NCBI GenBank assembly: GCA_002269645.1
Contig: NIVC01000068.1
Location: forward strand, 496,001 to 560,000
Direction of reading: 5' to 3'
DNA length: 64,000 nt
Origin: Macrostomum lignano
Taxonomy: Eukaryota
Shown here: positions 1-22,500 of the stretch, piece by piece
Numbering within the stretch: position 1 is the stretch's first letter
Layout: every line of letters begins with the position of its first letter
Translations under genes and position numbers: made by a program
The notes under the pieces: model-generated
Databases searched by the model: none
Seen by the model: the letters and a program-made list of their open reading frames with translations, nothing else
What the model was told of the DNA's origin: nothing

Positions 1-1172
1 ACAGATTGTGATGGATAGTGACAGATAGTGACAGATAGTGATGGATAGTGACAGATTGTGATGGATAGTGACAGATTGTGATGGAAAGTGACAGATTGTG
101 ATGGAAAGTGACAGATTGTGATGGATAGTGACAGATTGTGATGGATAGTGTCAGATTGTGATGGATAGTGACAGATTGTGATGGATAGTGACAGATTGTG
201 ATGGATAGTGACAGATTGTGATGGATAGTGACAGATTGTGATGGATAGTGACAGATGTGATGGATAGTGTCAGATTGTGATGGATAGTGTCAGATTGTGA
301 CGGATAGTGACAGATAGTGACAGATAGTGACAGATTATGATGGATAGTGTCAGATTGTGATGGATAGGGACAGATTGTGATGGATAGTGACAGATTGTGA
401 TGGATAGTGACAGATTGTGATGGAAAGTGACAGATTGTGATGGATAGGGACAGATTGTGATAGATAGTGACAGATTGTGATAGTGACAGATAGTGATTGT
501 GACAGATTGTGACAGATTGTGATGGATAGTGACAGATTGTGATGGAAAGTGACAGATTGTGATGGATAGTGACAGATTGTGATGGATAGTGTCAGATTGT
601 GATGGATAGTGACAGATTGTGATGGATAGTGACAGATTGTGATGGATAGTGACAGATTGTGATGGATAGTGACAGATGTGATGGATAGTGTCAGATTGTG
701 ATGGATAGTGTCAGATTGTGATAGTGACAGATAGTGACAGATAGTGACAGATTATGATGGATAGTGTCAGATTGTGATGGACAGTGACAGATAGTGATAG
801 TGACAGATTGTGACAGATTGTGATGGATAGTGTCAGATTGTGATGGATAGTGACAGATTGTGATGGATAGTGTCAGATTGTGATGGATAGTGTCAGATTG
901 TGATGGACAGTGACAGATAGTGATAGTGACAGATTGTGACGGATAGTGACAGATTGTGATGGAAAGTGACAGATTGTGATGGATAGTGACAGATTGTGAT
1001 GGATAGTGACAGATTGTGATGGAAAGTGACAGATTGTGATGGATAGTGACAGATTGTGATGGATAGTGACAGATTGTGATGGAAAGTGACAGATTGTGAT
1101 GGACAGTGACAGATTGTGATGGAAAGTGCCAGATTGTGATGGAAAGTGACAGGTTGTGATGGATAGTGACAG
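1..1172. repeat. Minisatellite, 20-nt unit GTGACAGATTGTGATGGATA
   Basis: Direct inspection; a variant block recurs at about 421-bp offset. Confidence 0.95.
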
Positions 1173-1778
1173 ATGCTTATCACAGTAAACAGTTGCTGAG
1201 TAAAGTGAAGTACACATAGCACTATATTCTAATAGCAGTAATACTTCTTGCCAAACTGCATAGCAGATCTAGCAATGCATAACAGTTACACAGGCTCCAC
1301 AGCTTGAGCATGCAGGTAATCGGGCCTAAGTCTACATCCGCAAAGTCGATGTTCAGCCATTGTTCAGGGTGTCGGATTCCCTACGCGGGCAGGTGTACCT
1401 CTGGGTGAAAGTCGATCCAAGTCACCTGACTGCGTGCATCGTTGGTCGCTTATTTATTCATGTCGTCACTGCCACTCCGCCTCTCTTGTCAGTGAAACTT
1501 CCTCTAACCCAGGTGCCTTATATTTTGTCGCGCAGTAACTGAAAAAGGGTTTTGTAAGGATCAAAGGCAATATTGTGAAGCACTAGTTAAGGCGAAATTC
1601 GTTTGCGCCTTTGTCACTGGGAGCATCTTGTGCTCTCAAATGGTTCACTAAACTCTGTGATCTTCTGTGCACTGCTTGTCCGTCTTTAGTTCTAAAACCT
1701 AAATTTAGTCTAAGTTTTATTTTTTACTCAGTTCACACGGAGCCAATTTTAACTTAATGATAAGGAATAAAAACACAG

Positions 1779-2208
1779 GTTGACCCACTTTTAGACAGGG
1801 TAGGTTGACCCACTTTTAGACAGGGTAGGTTGACCCACTTTTAGACAGGGTAGGTTGACCCACTTTTAGACAGGGTAGGTTGACCCACTTTTAGACAGGG
1901 TAGGTTAGGTTGACCCACTTCAAGACAGGGTCGGTTGACCCACTTTTAGACAGGGTAGGTTAGGTTGACCCACTTCAAGATTGGATAGGTCCACTTCAAG
2001 ACAGGCTAGCTTGACCCACTTCACGATTGGCTGGGTCCACTTCAAGACAGGCTAGCTTGACCCACTTCACGATTGGCTGGGTCCACTTCAAGACAGGCTA
2101 GCTTGACCCACTTCACGATTGGCTGGGTCCACTTCAAGACAGGCTAGCTTGACCCACTTCACGATTGGCTGGGTCCACTTCAAGACAGGCTAGCTTGACC
2201 CACTTCAA
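1779..2208. repeat. Tandem array, 25-nt GGTTGACCCACTTTTAGACAGGGTA grading into a ~47-nt derivative
   Basis: Direct inspection. Confidence 0.9.
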
Positions 2209-2740
2209 GGGCTCTAAGCTATATTTAAAGGGCATGAAAACATTGAAGATCTCAACTCAATTTCTCCTAATTAACGCTTTTACACCATTTCTGATGGCAG
2301 AACAAGTTGCTGAATTTCAATTATTCCCTGTGATTAAGACTTATTAGTTTCTAGTCATATTACTAAAGCTTTTAATCGCCAAGCCGATACTATTGTCTAG
2401 AAATTTAGTTACAGTATTAATCACGGGATCACATGAGCTGTTCGCTATGACTGAATATTACTCGTAAGTGAATTTAAATACAAGTGCGATTTTAAATGTA
2501 CTTTAACAAGCTAACGTAATCATATATAGCGAGCATTCTTCTATATTCTATTTTTAAAACATAGTCATGACTACCCATTATGCTGAATGCAGTGGTGTCT
2601 AAGTGATCTGGGCGAAATGCAATGGGAGACTGGATAGGGGTGATGAGGGACATTGTATGATTGATGGAGACAGAGACGCGCATAGGGAGTACAGTTTGAA
2701 ACGAGTACTGCGGATTAGCGGACTGGATTTGAAGAAAATG

Positions 2741-3346
2741 CTGAGAGAGGGAGACTGAGAGAGGGAGACTGAAAGAGGGAGACCGAGAGAGGGAGACTGA
2801 GAGAGGGAGACTGAGAGAGGGAGACTGAGAGAGGGATACTAAGAGAGGGAGACTGAGAGAGGGAGACTGAGAGAGGGAAACTGAGAGAGGGAGACTGAGA
2901 GGGGGAGACTGAGAGAGGGAGACTGAGAGAGGGATACTAAGAGAGGGATACTAGGAGAGGGAGACTGAGAGGGGGAGACTGAGAGAGGGAGACTGAGAGA
3001 GGGATACTAAGAGAGGGATACTAGGAGAGGGAGACTGAGAGAGGGAGACTGAGAGAGGGAGACTGAGAGAGGGAGACTGAGAGAGGGAAACTGAGAGAGG
3101 GAGACTGAGAGAGGGAAACTGAGAGAGGGAGACTGAGAGGGGGAGACTGAGAGAGGGAGACTGAGAGAGGGAGACTGAGAGAGGGATACTAGGAGAGGGA
3201 GACTGAGAGAGGGAGACTGAGAGAGGGAGACTGAGAGAGGGAGACAAAGAGAGGGAGACTGAGAGAGGGAGACTGAGGGAGGGAGACTGAGAGAGGGAGA
3301 CTGAGAGAGGGAGACTGAGAGGGGGAGACTGAGAGGGGAGACTGAG
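2741..3346. repeat. Minisatellite, 14-nt CTGAGAGAGGGAGA
   Basis: Direct inspection. Confidence 0.95.
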
Positions 3347-3884
3347 ACCGTTACCCAGAAGATGGCAGATAGACAGAGTGCTGAACTACATAAACTCTAA
3401 CTCAGCTCTGGCTTCAAGGCTATAAAGGTTTATTATAGATGCTGCAGTTGGGAGGAAATGGATACGGGAGAATAAAGTAGTGGAGTCAGCTGTGTGAGAC
3501 GGAACACAGCTGTGGAGGCATGGCGGAGCGGCTTTACTGCGCTTGGTCAAGCGACAACCGCGCCTCCCATGAACCGTGGTTAATGGCTGTTGCTCACGCA
3601 GGGTGCTCCTATAGGCCTTGCATTGTGCTGGGCCTCGTGTTGAGCAGCTATCTGGTTGCAGATTTGCATTTGCAATGCAAGTTTTTCTTCGATCTATCAC
3701 ATTTCAACTTGATTTATGTGTGTTGCTTTCTGACTATGCCATTGTATCGCTGTTGGAAACAACTTTCCAGGAAATATTGTGCACTTTCCAGGAAATTTGT
3801 GACTAGGAAGGTCGGAGTCTCATTCAGTTAGGGTGGCCCAGTGACTTCCAAGTCCAAAGGGGGAGTTTGTGGCTGGCCTAGCAA

Positions 3885-4276
3885 CTGAGGATCTATGAGG
3901 CTGGCCCAGCAACTGAGGATCTGGGAGGCTGGCCCAGCAACTGAGGATCTGGGAGGCTTGCCCAGCAACTGAGGATTTGGGAGGCTGGCCCAGCAACTGA
4001 GGATTTGGGAGGCTGGCCCAGCAACTGAGGATCTGGGAGGCTGGCCCAGCAACTGAGGATCTGGGAGGCTGGCCCAGCAACTGAGGATCTGGGAGGTTGG
4101 CCCAGCAACTGAGGATCTGGGAGGCTGGCCCAGCAACTGAGGATCTGGGAGGCTGGCCCAGCAACTGAGGATCTGGGAGGTTGGCCCAGCAACTGAGGAT
4201 CTGGGAGGCTAGCCCAGCAACTGAGGATCTGGGAGGCTGGCCCAGCAACTGAGGATCTGGGAGGCTGGCCCAGCAA
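3885..4276. repeat. Minisatellite, 28-nt CTGGCCCAGCAACTGAGGATCTGGGAGG
   Basis: Ends 25 nt before the mGluR acceptor at 4300; same unit inverted at 21771-22500. Confidence 0.95.
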
Positions 4277-4282
4277 GCCTAA

Positions 4283-13545
<9,263 letters not shown>

Positions 13546-13678
13546 AAGTTTTAACCTTTTCTGTATCTGTATAGAATCTTAGAGAATGCTTCTGAAGATT
13601 AATATTAATTTTTAGCTGAGGCTAAAAAGCAGTTTTTTATGGTTTATTTTTCTCGTTGCATTAATTTGTGTTTTATTT

Positions 13679-14290
13679 AGCTGTGTACTACATGTACAAT
13701 AATCTCTGTACATCTAGCTGTGTACTACATGTACAATAATCTCTGTACATCTAGCTGTGCACTACATGTACAATAATCTCTGTACATCTAGTTGTGCACT
13801 ACATGTACAATAATATCTGTACATCTAGCTGTGCACTACATGTACAATAATCTCTGTACATCTAATTGTGCACTACATGTACAATAATCTCTGTACATCT
13901 AGCTGTGCACTACATGTACAATAATATCTGTACATCTAATTGTGCACTACATGTACAATAATCTCTGTACATCTAGCTGTGCACTACATGTACAATAATC
14001 TCTGTACATCTAGCTGTGCACTACATGTACAATAATCTCTGTACATCTAGCTGTGCACTACATGTACAATAATCTCTGTACATCTAGCTGTGCACTACAT
14101 GTACAATAATCTCTGTACATCTAGCTGTGCACTACATGTACAATAATCTCTGTACATCTAGCTGTGCACTACATGTACAATAATCTCTGTACATTTAGCT
14201 GTTTACTTCATGTACAGTTATATCTGTACATCTAGCTATGTACATGTACAATAATCTCTGTGCATCTAGCTGTGTACATATACAATATCT
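13679..14290. repeat. Minisatellite, 37-nt AGCTGTGCACTACATGTACAATAATCTCTGTACATCT
   Basis: Direct inspection. Confidence 0.95.
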
Positions 14291-14664
14291 CTACATCCCT
14301 GTGTATGCTAAACATGTACACTAATCTATGTTACAACTCGAGTTCACTTGAAAGTGCATTCAATTTAGTTTGTGTATAACCGAAATTTCATTTTTTCATA
14401 AAAAGAAATAAATTTTTACTTTGCTTTTTTCATTAACCTTCACGCTTTGCGCGACAATTTTATGCATGGTTTTTTTTACACTAAACTGTACTAATGCTTG
14501 CTTGATTACTATTCACTAGTATCGGAATTGCAATAAATCTATTTTTATGCTTATGAATGAAAATTTGTGCGGATAGCACTAAAGAAACTGTCTATAAAGC
14601 GCACCGCATTTATTTCACACTCCTCTCAATAAACCATCTTCTCCATTCCACTCTCATTGTACAC

Positions 14665-15045
14665 TCCTCCGTTGCCCCTCGGCCCCATTGTTCACTCCGC
14701 CACTGCCTCTCTGCCCCATTGTACACTCCGCCACTGCCTCTCTGCCCCATTGTACACTCCGCCACTGCCTCTCTGCCCCATTGTACACTCCGCCACTGCC
14801 TCTCTGCCCCATTGTACACTCCGCCACTGCCTCTCTGCCCCATTGTAAACTCCGCCACTGCCCCTCTGCCCCATTGTACACTCTGCCACTGCCCCTCTGC
14901 CCCATTGTTCACTCCGCCACTGCCTCTCTGCCCCATTGTTCACTCCGCCACTGCCTCTCTGCCCCATTGTACACTCCGCCACTGCCTCTCTGCCCCATTG
15001 TACACTCCGCCACTGCCTCTCTGCCCCATTGTACACTCCGCCACT
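14665..15045. repeat. Minisatellite, 31-nt GCCACTGCCTCTCTGCCCCATTGTACACTCC
   Basis: Direct inspection. Confidence 0.95.
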
Positions 15046-15789
15046 GTCGGGTCGCCATCATAAGCGCGCACCAGCACAAGCGCGCCTGTGTATTTTATGT
15101 CAAAGTCTGGCACAGGCGCGCAGAGGCATAAGCGCGCACGTTTTGACTTGTACAAGAGCGCGGTAGAAAGTGCTCAGCATTGGCATAAGCGCGCACCATC
15201 ACAAGACCGCACTGGCATAAGTGCGCTGTCAGAGTTTGGCACAAGCGCGCACTTCTGGCTCTGTGTTGCAAAAGCGCGCAGTCAAAGTTTGGCACAAGGG
15301 CGCAATGCAATAAATAAAAGCAGTCAAGTTGCTCCATCGTCTGTCACAAAGTAGTCGATTGTATTTGTACGAAGGAAATCGAATTAAAATCCTTTCGACC
15401 AGTGCTTTACATGCATGTTAGAACAAAGATGTAACACCATCTGTCAAAGAAAAAGAGCAGTCAAAAGAAAAAGAGCAGCTGCGGGAATTTTGTGTTATAT
15501 CCAGCGATAGCTGACTGTCCCATTTCTAACTCTATCTTTCCATTGCGTTTCAAACACTGAGACTGAGATTGTCTTATTTATTTAAGTTGCTGTATCTATC
15601 GACAGTGTACATGCTTACAATTGTGTCAACTGTGCCTAAAGCACCTCTGTTTACACCCTAACCCGCCACCCCTTGTGCACTACAGCTTTGATTAGAATTT
15701 TTCTACACTATCAAGTCAGTCGCCAAATGAAGTGCGCGCTTGTGCCTTAGCGAGTAAATAATGGCGCTCTCGCGCCAAAGTCTGACAGC

Positions 15790-16400
15790 GCGCTTATGCC
15801 ACAGCTTATGTCAAAACTTCTATCGTGGTGCATCCTTTTACAAGCGTAAGCGTTGCTAAGGTAAATAATTTTTAAACAGAGGTTTCTAGGCAATAAAATT
15901 TGATCGACGATCTGCAATCTAAAGTGCATACGCTAGATTGTGCAAAGCAACTGTGCAAAAAGATACCTCTTAGTAACAAATAGTTCAACTTCGTCAGTCT
16001 GTATGCTTTTTCATAGATACGAGCAAGTCTATGCTTGTCATTCTATATCATTAAACAATTCTAAAACTAAAAGCTGTAGTGCAACAGTGCTGTGCATTTA
16101 AAGCGTGATCTCAAGAAGCTCATTGTAAAAAAGTCTCTCACAATTCTCTTATATAACTGGTCGATGTTTTTAACGTCACGTTTTTTTCGCACTAAGTTGA
16201 AATCCAAGAAGGCAATACAGATAGGTTCGGCCATAGACAACACGAACTTGAACAAATTATACTTATTTTAGTAAATCGATAGAAAATCGACAAGGCTGTC
16301 GTGTCTAGTCTGTCGTCGCATTTCGTCACCATGTCGTCGCTACAGTTTTTCCCAGCGGGTGTCTCCCTTGCACTCAATCGAGTTTCTCAGGCAGAAATTA
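15790..16400 (-). mobile_element. Degenerate, internally deleted hAT-type transposase relic
   Basis: Broken-frame motifs ECKGDTRW...RHDSLVDFLSIY, FVLSMAEPICIAFL and LSNAYACKRMHHD resemble the hAT TRW/RHD and C-terminal dimerisation motifs. Multiple stops. Confidence 0.4.
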
Positions 16401-16586
16401 GCGTACATGTATTGTCTATGGCTCAACCTGTCTTTATTCTATAAGCTTTCTGGCTTAGAAACTTTAGTTTGTAGAAAATAGTGATCGTCATATTGTCACC
16501 GATGGTCTTAAACCCTTTAGAATAATAGAAATTTTATATTCGTAATATCATTACTTCAACAACTTTCACTTGAAGTTTACCGATCT

Positions 16587-19500
16587 TCACACCCTGTCGG
16601 TTTCGTAGCCCTTGTTCTCGTTGCCCTCCGTGATGGCTGGCGGTGCAGCAGCGCCATCTTCAGGGGCGCGCTGGCTGGGGAAGCCGCTGTCTTTCTCGGT
16701 ATCTCGGCGGGAAAATTTGCTGCCAGCGCTGCTTGTGGCCTCACGTTCCTGAAAGTGGGAGAGAGAGTCGGGATCAGAGAGGGGAAGAATAGAGATCAGA
16801 GAAGGGAAGAATTGGGATCAGAGAGGGGAAGAATAGGGATCAGAGGGGGGAAGAATTGCGATCAGAAAGGAGGAAAATTGCGATCGAGAGGGGGAGAATG
16901 GAATCAGAGAGGGGAAGAATAGGGATCAGAGAGGGGAAGAATAGGGATCAGAGAGGGGAAGAATAGGGATCAGAGAGGGGAAGAATTGCGATCAGAAAGG
17001 AGGAAAATTGCGATCGAGAGGGGGAGAATTGAATCAGAGAGGGGAAGAATAGGGATCAGAGAGGGGAAGAATAGGGATCAGAGAGGGGAAGAATAGGGAT
17101 CAGAGAGGGGAAGAATTGCGATCAGAAAGGAGAAAGATTGGGATCAGAGAGGGGAAGAATTGGGATCAGAGAGGGGAAGAATTGCGATCAGAGAGGGGAA
17201 GAATTGGGATCATAGAGGGGAAGAATTGGGATCAGAGAGGGGAAGAATTGCGATCAGAGAGGGGAAGAATTGGGATCAGAGAGGGGAAGAATTGGGATCA
17301 TAGAGGGGAAGAATTGGGATCAGAGAGGGGAAGAATTGCGATCAGAGAGGGGAAGAATTGGGATCAGAGAGGGGAAGAATTGCGATCAGAAAGGAGGAAA
17401 ATTGCGATCGAGAGGGGGAGAATGGAATCAGAGAGGGGAAGGATGAAGATTAGCGAGGGGAAGAATGGAGATCAGTGTTGGAAAGATCAGAGTTCGAAGC
17501 ATAAGAATCAAATGGGAAAATTTTTAAAGCGCACTCATTATTTTACCTTAGCTTTCGGCGGACAGCAGCACAGCAGCCAAGGGAATTTCTTTTCCAGCAC
17601 GGCTCGAAATTTCGGATGGCTGAGCGAGTAGATGATCGGATTGTAGATCGCCGAGGTCTTGGCCGCCAGAACCGGGAGCTCCGAGGTGTACTGGTTCAGG
17701 TGGTCGCGTTTGCCAATAAGAGACAGGAAGGCAACGGTGGCGTAGGGAGTCCAGCTCAGCAGGTACAGCGAGATCGTGATCAGGGCGATCTTGGCTGTCT
17801 TCAAGTCACTTTTCTGATCGGCTGTGGAATTGAGTGATGCGGATGCTGATGCGGATACTGATGCGGAAAGAACCACCCAGGGCGCAGTGAATGACAGCAG
17901 CTCAACTTTTACACCTCTTAGACGTGACATCCACTGGCCCAAGAGACAGGGGCGCCAACCAAAAGACAGGGGCGCCAACCAAGAGACAAGGGCGCCAACC
18001 AAGAGACAGGGGCGCCAACCATGAGACAAGGGCGCCAACCAAGAGACACGGATGTCAACCAAGAGACAAGGGCGCCAACCATGAGACAAGGGCGCCAACC
18101 AAGAGACACGGATGTCAACCAAGAGACAAGGGCGCCAACCATGAGACAAGGGCGCCAACCAAGAGACACGAATGTCAACCAAGAGACAGGGGCGCCAACC
18201 AAGAGACAGGGGCGCCAACCAAGAGACAGGGGCGCCAACCATGAGACAGGGGCGCCAACCAAGAGACAAGGGCGCCAACCAAGAGACAGGGGCGCCAACC
18301 ATGAGACAGGGGCGCCAACCAAGAGACAAGGGCGCCAACCAAGAGACAAGGGCGCCAACCATGAGACAGGGGCGCCAACCATGAGACAGGGGCGCCAACC
18401 AAGAGACAAGGGCGCCAACCAAGAGATAAGGGCGCCAACCAAGAGACACGGATGCCAACCAAGAGACAAACGCCAATTTACCCTGTATTGGCGCCCCAGC
18501 CGCCCCTATAATAGGGAAAATGGCATATACGGTACATTCAGTCATACAGTCCAGAACCATAAGGGTCAACACCCATGGTACAGAGCGTGTGTACATGTAA
18601 ATTCCTTGCCTGGCGATGTGCACCCCTGAGTGACCGCGTGCCTGTGTACTACTTATCCGGGTGCTGGCAACTTCAAAGTTGGTGTAACACGAAAGGAACG
18701 GAAAGCACATGTAACTACTGACTGACATACCCGACTTCATGCTGTGACCGCCCATCTTCGTGGCCATCTTGATCAGCTCCAGCTCGTGAGATCGAACAGC
18801 GCGTACGATTTTGTAGTAGCAAAAGAAGATAATCGACAAAGGCAGTACAAAGCCGCAGGAGTACATCAGGCCGTTGAAAATAAGATTGCCCTTGTCCTGA
18901 CTGAGGTAGTCAAAGGTGCAGGACGTCTGGAAGCCTTCCGGTACGAAGTAGCCTGGAAAATACAAGTAATCGATGTAATTATAGATTGACAGGAAGTGTA
19001 CTTTTCATACCCTATTCAAGCGTAAAAAACTTTGCAAGAGAATAGAAGTCGATGAGTGATGTAGAACGCGGCGTGAGGTGGGGGTTTTGTACGAGAGTAA
19101 TCTGCTGTCTACATGTGCGCATCAGTCCTCAATGTACATATTTGGCAGTTAATCAGAGAGGCGGGGTGGAAGAGAAGAATTGGAGGGGGGTTGGGGCGCG
19201 GCGTGAGGCGGGGTGCGGAGATTTTTCAAACCAAGCGGGCACTCACAACGAATGTACATAGTTGGCAGTAATCAGAGAGAGGACTGTGCAGGGATAGAGA
19301 AGTGTTGGGTTGGGGGGGTTGGGGCGAGGCGTGAGGCGGGGTTTGGAGAGTCACGAAATCAAGCGAACGAACATTATTTTGCGGAAATCAAATCAGCAAA
19401 GGAAAGACAAAAGATAGGGAACATGTGTTTGGAATTGCTAAAATCAAATGTACGCAAGCCTTACAATGTACACAAACCGAAGGTTTGGCATCCTGAAAGT

Positions 19501-20376
19501 CATATTTCCATTATTAAACTTTTTTCATTCATTTAAAATCGATTCTTACCGTAGCCAAAGAAAGGTGGAATAGCCCAGAGCAGAGCGAGCAACCAAGCAA
19601 AGAACACCATCACAATGGCCCGGGTATATGTAAGGCGCTTAAGCGCTTCAAACGGCTGGGCGATGACGAAATAACGGTCCATGGAGATGAGGGCCAGTGT
19701 GTGAATAGACACGAAGCCCAGTACACCGCCAAAGAAGCCATAGAGTTCGCAGGCTGTAAAAACGATAATTATCATTGGCTTGCGACTTATGTCCAATTTA
19801 TGTAAAAGCAGAAAGTTGGAAATTTAATAATAATAGATTTCAAAAGAAAAAGAAATATTACTATAGCATTATATTACTACGAGTATTAGTAGGAGAAAAG
19901 TTTATTTACCCAATCGTCCCCAAGCCCAGCGACCGTTAAAACTCGATATTGTCAGCAATGGGAAGCCCATGATGACGGAGAAAGACAGATCCGAGATGGC
20001 CAGATTCACCAGAAAAATATTTGGCGGCGTTCGCAGAGCCTTCGTGCTGCAATTGGGAATATTTGCATGTCTCGTCTATGTGGATTGCTAATCTAGTCTT
20101 CATAGTTAAAGGGGCAGAATGGACTGCTAATCTAGCCAATATGACTCACGTAACAAAGATGAACAGGACCAGCATGTTGCCCACGTCGCCAATAATCCCA
20201 ACTACGCTGATGTAAAACCCAACCAGATAATGATGCAGCTCTGGAACTGGCGGGAACTGACGCCAGAACGGATGGATGAGGGCCTCGAACTCCGGGTCCC
20301 AGGCCCAGTACCGCGTTTCCGTTGTCGTGGCGTTGCTCCACGACATAGTCGACGGTGTCATCTCTACTAAGGCCAT
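16587..20376 (-). CDS. Rhabdomeric (Gq-coupled) opsin, about 408 aa. Exons 20376-20150, 20046-19910, 19753-19550, 18952-18731, 17821-17547, 16748-16587
   Basis: The six exons sum to 1227 nt in frame. LRTPPNIFLVNLAISD, CELYG (Tyr at the 113-equivalent), DRY, PEGFQTSCTFDY (E181 counterion), retinal-binding Lys in AKTSAIYNPIIY, HPKFR Gq-opsin motif, Cys palmitoylation cluster. Start Met is uncertain; an upstream exon near 20560-20600 is possible. Confidence 0.95.
16770..17440. repeat. Intronic minisatellite, 22-nt GGGATCAGAGAGGGGAAGAATA
   Basis: Fills opsin intron 16749-17546. Confidence 0.93.
17938..18468. repeat. Intronic minisatellite, 20-nt AAGAGACAGGGGCGCCAACC
   Basis: In opsin intron 17822-18730; related unit inverted at 28263-28810. 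Confidence 0.95.
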
Positions 20377-20695
20377 GCTGATGAAGCAATCAGAGCTAAA
20401 CGATATGATTATTGAGCTCACATTGGCTGCTCAGCTTCCTGGAGGCTGTGCGCTGAGCTGCCAGCTTGCTGACGAAAGCTTCTCTCGACGCTTTTATACC
20501 GAATTAGCAGTAGTTTTATCGCCTGCCAGCCGGGATTTGTGGCTGACTGAAGAGGTGGAGCGAATCACCTGTCTGACGCCCAAAAGAAACTCGGAGCCAT
20601 GCTGGGGTGCGTGACGGGCTGCCTGACAGAGGGTTCAAGTTTCAAATTTACTGAGGTGTGAACTGGGCGTGGGCGAATTTGCGATGCTGAGATAT

Positions 20696-21239
<544 letters not shown>

Positions 21240-21770
21240 ATTGATTCTGAAAGCGCGTTCACCAGTAAAGCTGGCTAACCCCACTTCTAGAATTTCACAC
21301 CCCTTCCTGGGAGTGTGCTTCGTACCAAGCCAGCGACACGCCCAAACTGTCGTGGTCGGCACGGATGAAAGGTGATACGAAGGTGTGGCTCCCAGGCGAT
21401 TGATCTATTTTCGGAGATCTCAACCTTGACACAGAAAAGTTCACAATTATCAGTTATCACACCCCTGGAAATTCGCGGCGACTTCAATAGCGACCGACAT
21501 TGGTGCCCGAGAACCTGGATCATCGACCATATCTACCTTGGAGCAAATTATCGAATTTGTCTCGTCTGCTTTATCTCTCACTTGTATCAGGTTGCTTTTG
21601 CTCTTGCTCACCTGATGAATCACCTCTAATGTAACACCGCGGCTGCAAGTGCTCAAGTACTTCTCCCCCAACCTGCTAACGCCCACGTGTTCCTCGATTT
21701 TCCGTGATGATTACTTCTGATAGCCTTCTCCTCATATCCTTATACAAACATGTACCAAGTGACCCGCAAG

Positions 21771-22500
21771 ATCCTCAGTTGCTGGGCCAGCATCCCAGGG
21801 TGTCAGTTACTGGGCCAGCCTCCCAGATCCTCAGTTGCTGGGCCAGCCTCCCAGATCCTCATGCAGTTGCTGGGCCAGCCTCCCAGATCCTCAGTTGCTG
21901 GGCCAGCCTCCCAGATCCTCATGAGTTGCTGGGCCAGCCTCCCAGATCCTCATGAGTTGCTGGGCCAGCCTCCCAGATCCTCATGCAGTTGCTGGGCCAG
22001 CCTCCCAGATCCTCAGTTGCTGAGCCAGCCTCCCAGATCCTCAGTTGCTGGGCCAGCCTCCCAGATCTTCAGTTGCTGGGCCAGCCACCCAGATCTTCAG
22101 TTGCTGGGCCAGCCTCCCAGATCCTCAGTTGCTGGGCCAGCCACCCAGATCTTCAGTTGCTGGGCCAGCCTCCCAGATCCTCAGTTGCTGGGCCAGCCTC
22201 CCAGATCTTCAGTTGCTGGGCCAGCCTCCCAGATCTTCAGTTGCTGGGCCAGCCTCCCAGATCCTCAGTTGCTGGGCCAGCCACCCAGATCCTCAGTTGC
22301 TGGGCCAGCCACCCAGATCTTCAGTTGCTGGGCCAGCCTCCCAGATCCTCAGTTGCTGGGCCAACCTCCCAGAGTGTCAGTTACTGGGCCAGCCTCCCAG
22401 ATCCTCAGTTGCTGGGCCAGCCTCCCAGATCCTCAGTTGCTGGGCCAGCCTCCCGGATCCTCAGTTGCTGGGCCAGCCACCCAGATCCTCAGTTGCTGGG
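21771..22500. repeat. Minisatellite, 28-nt, reverse complement of the 3885-4276 unit
   Basis: TTGCTGGGCCAGCCTCCCAGATCCTCAG repeats. Confidence 0.95.

Noticed and set aside
1260-3720. Candidate upstream mGluR exons (VIGPKS near 1316; VLNYINSNS near 3375; AGCSY near 3600)
   Set aside because: Weak resemblance, in-frame stops and no consistent splice phases; 5' exons left unassigned.
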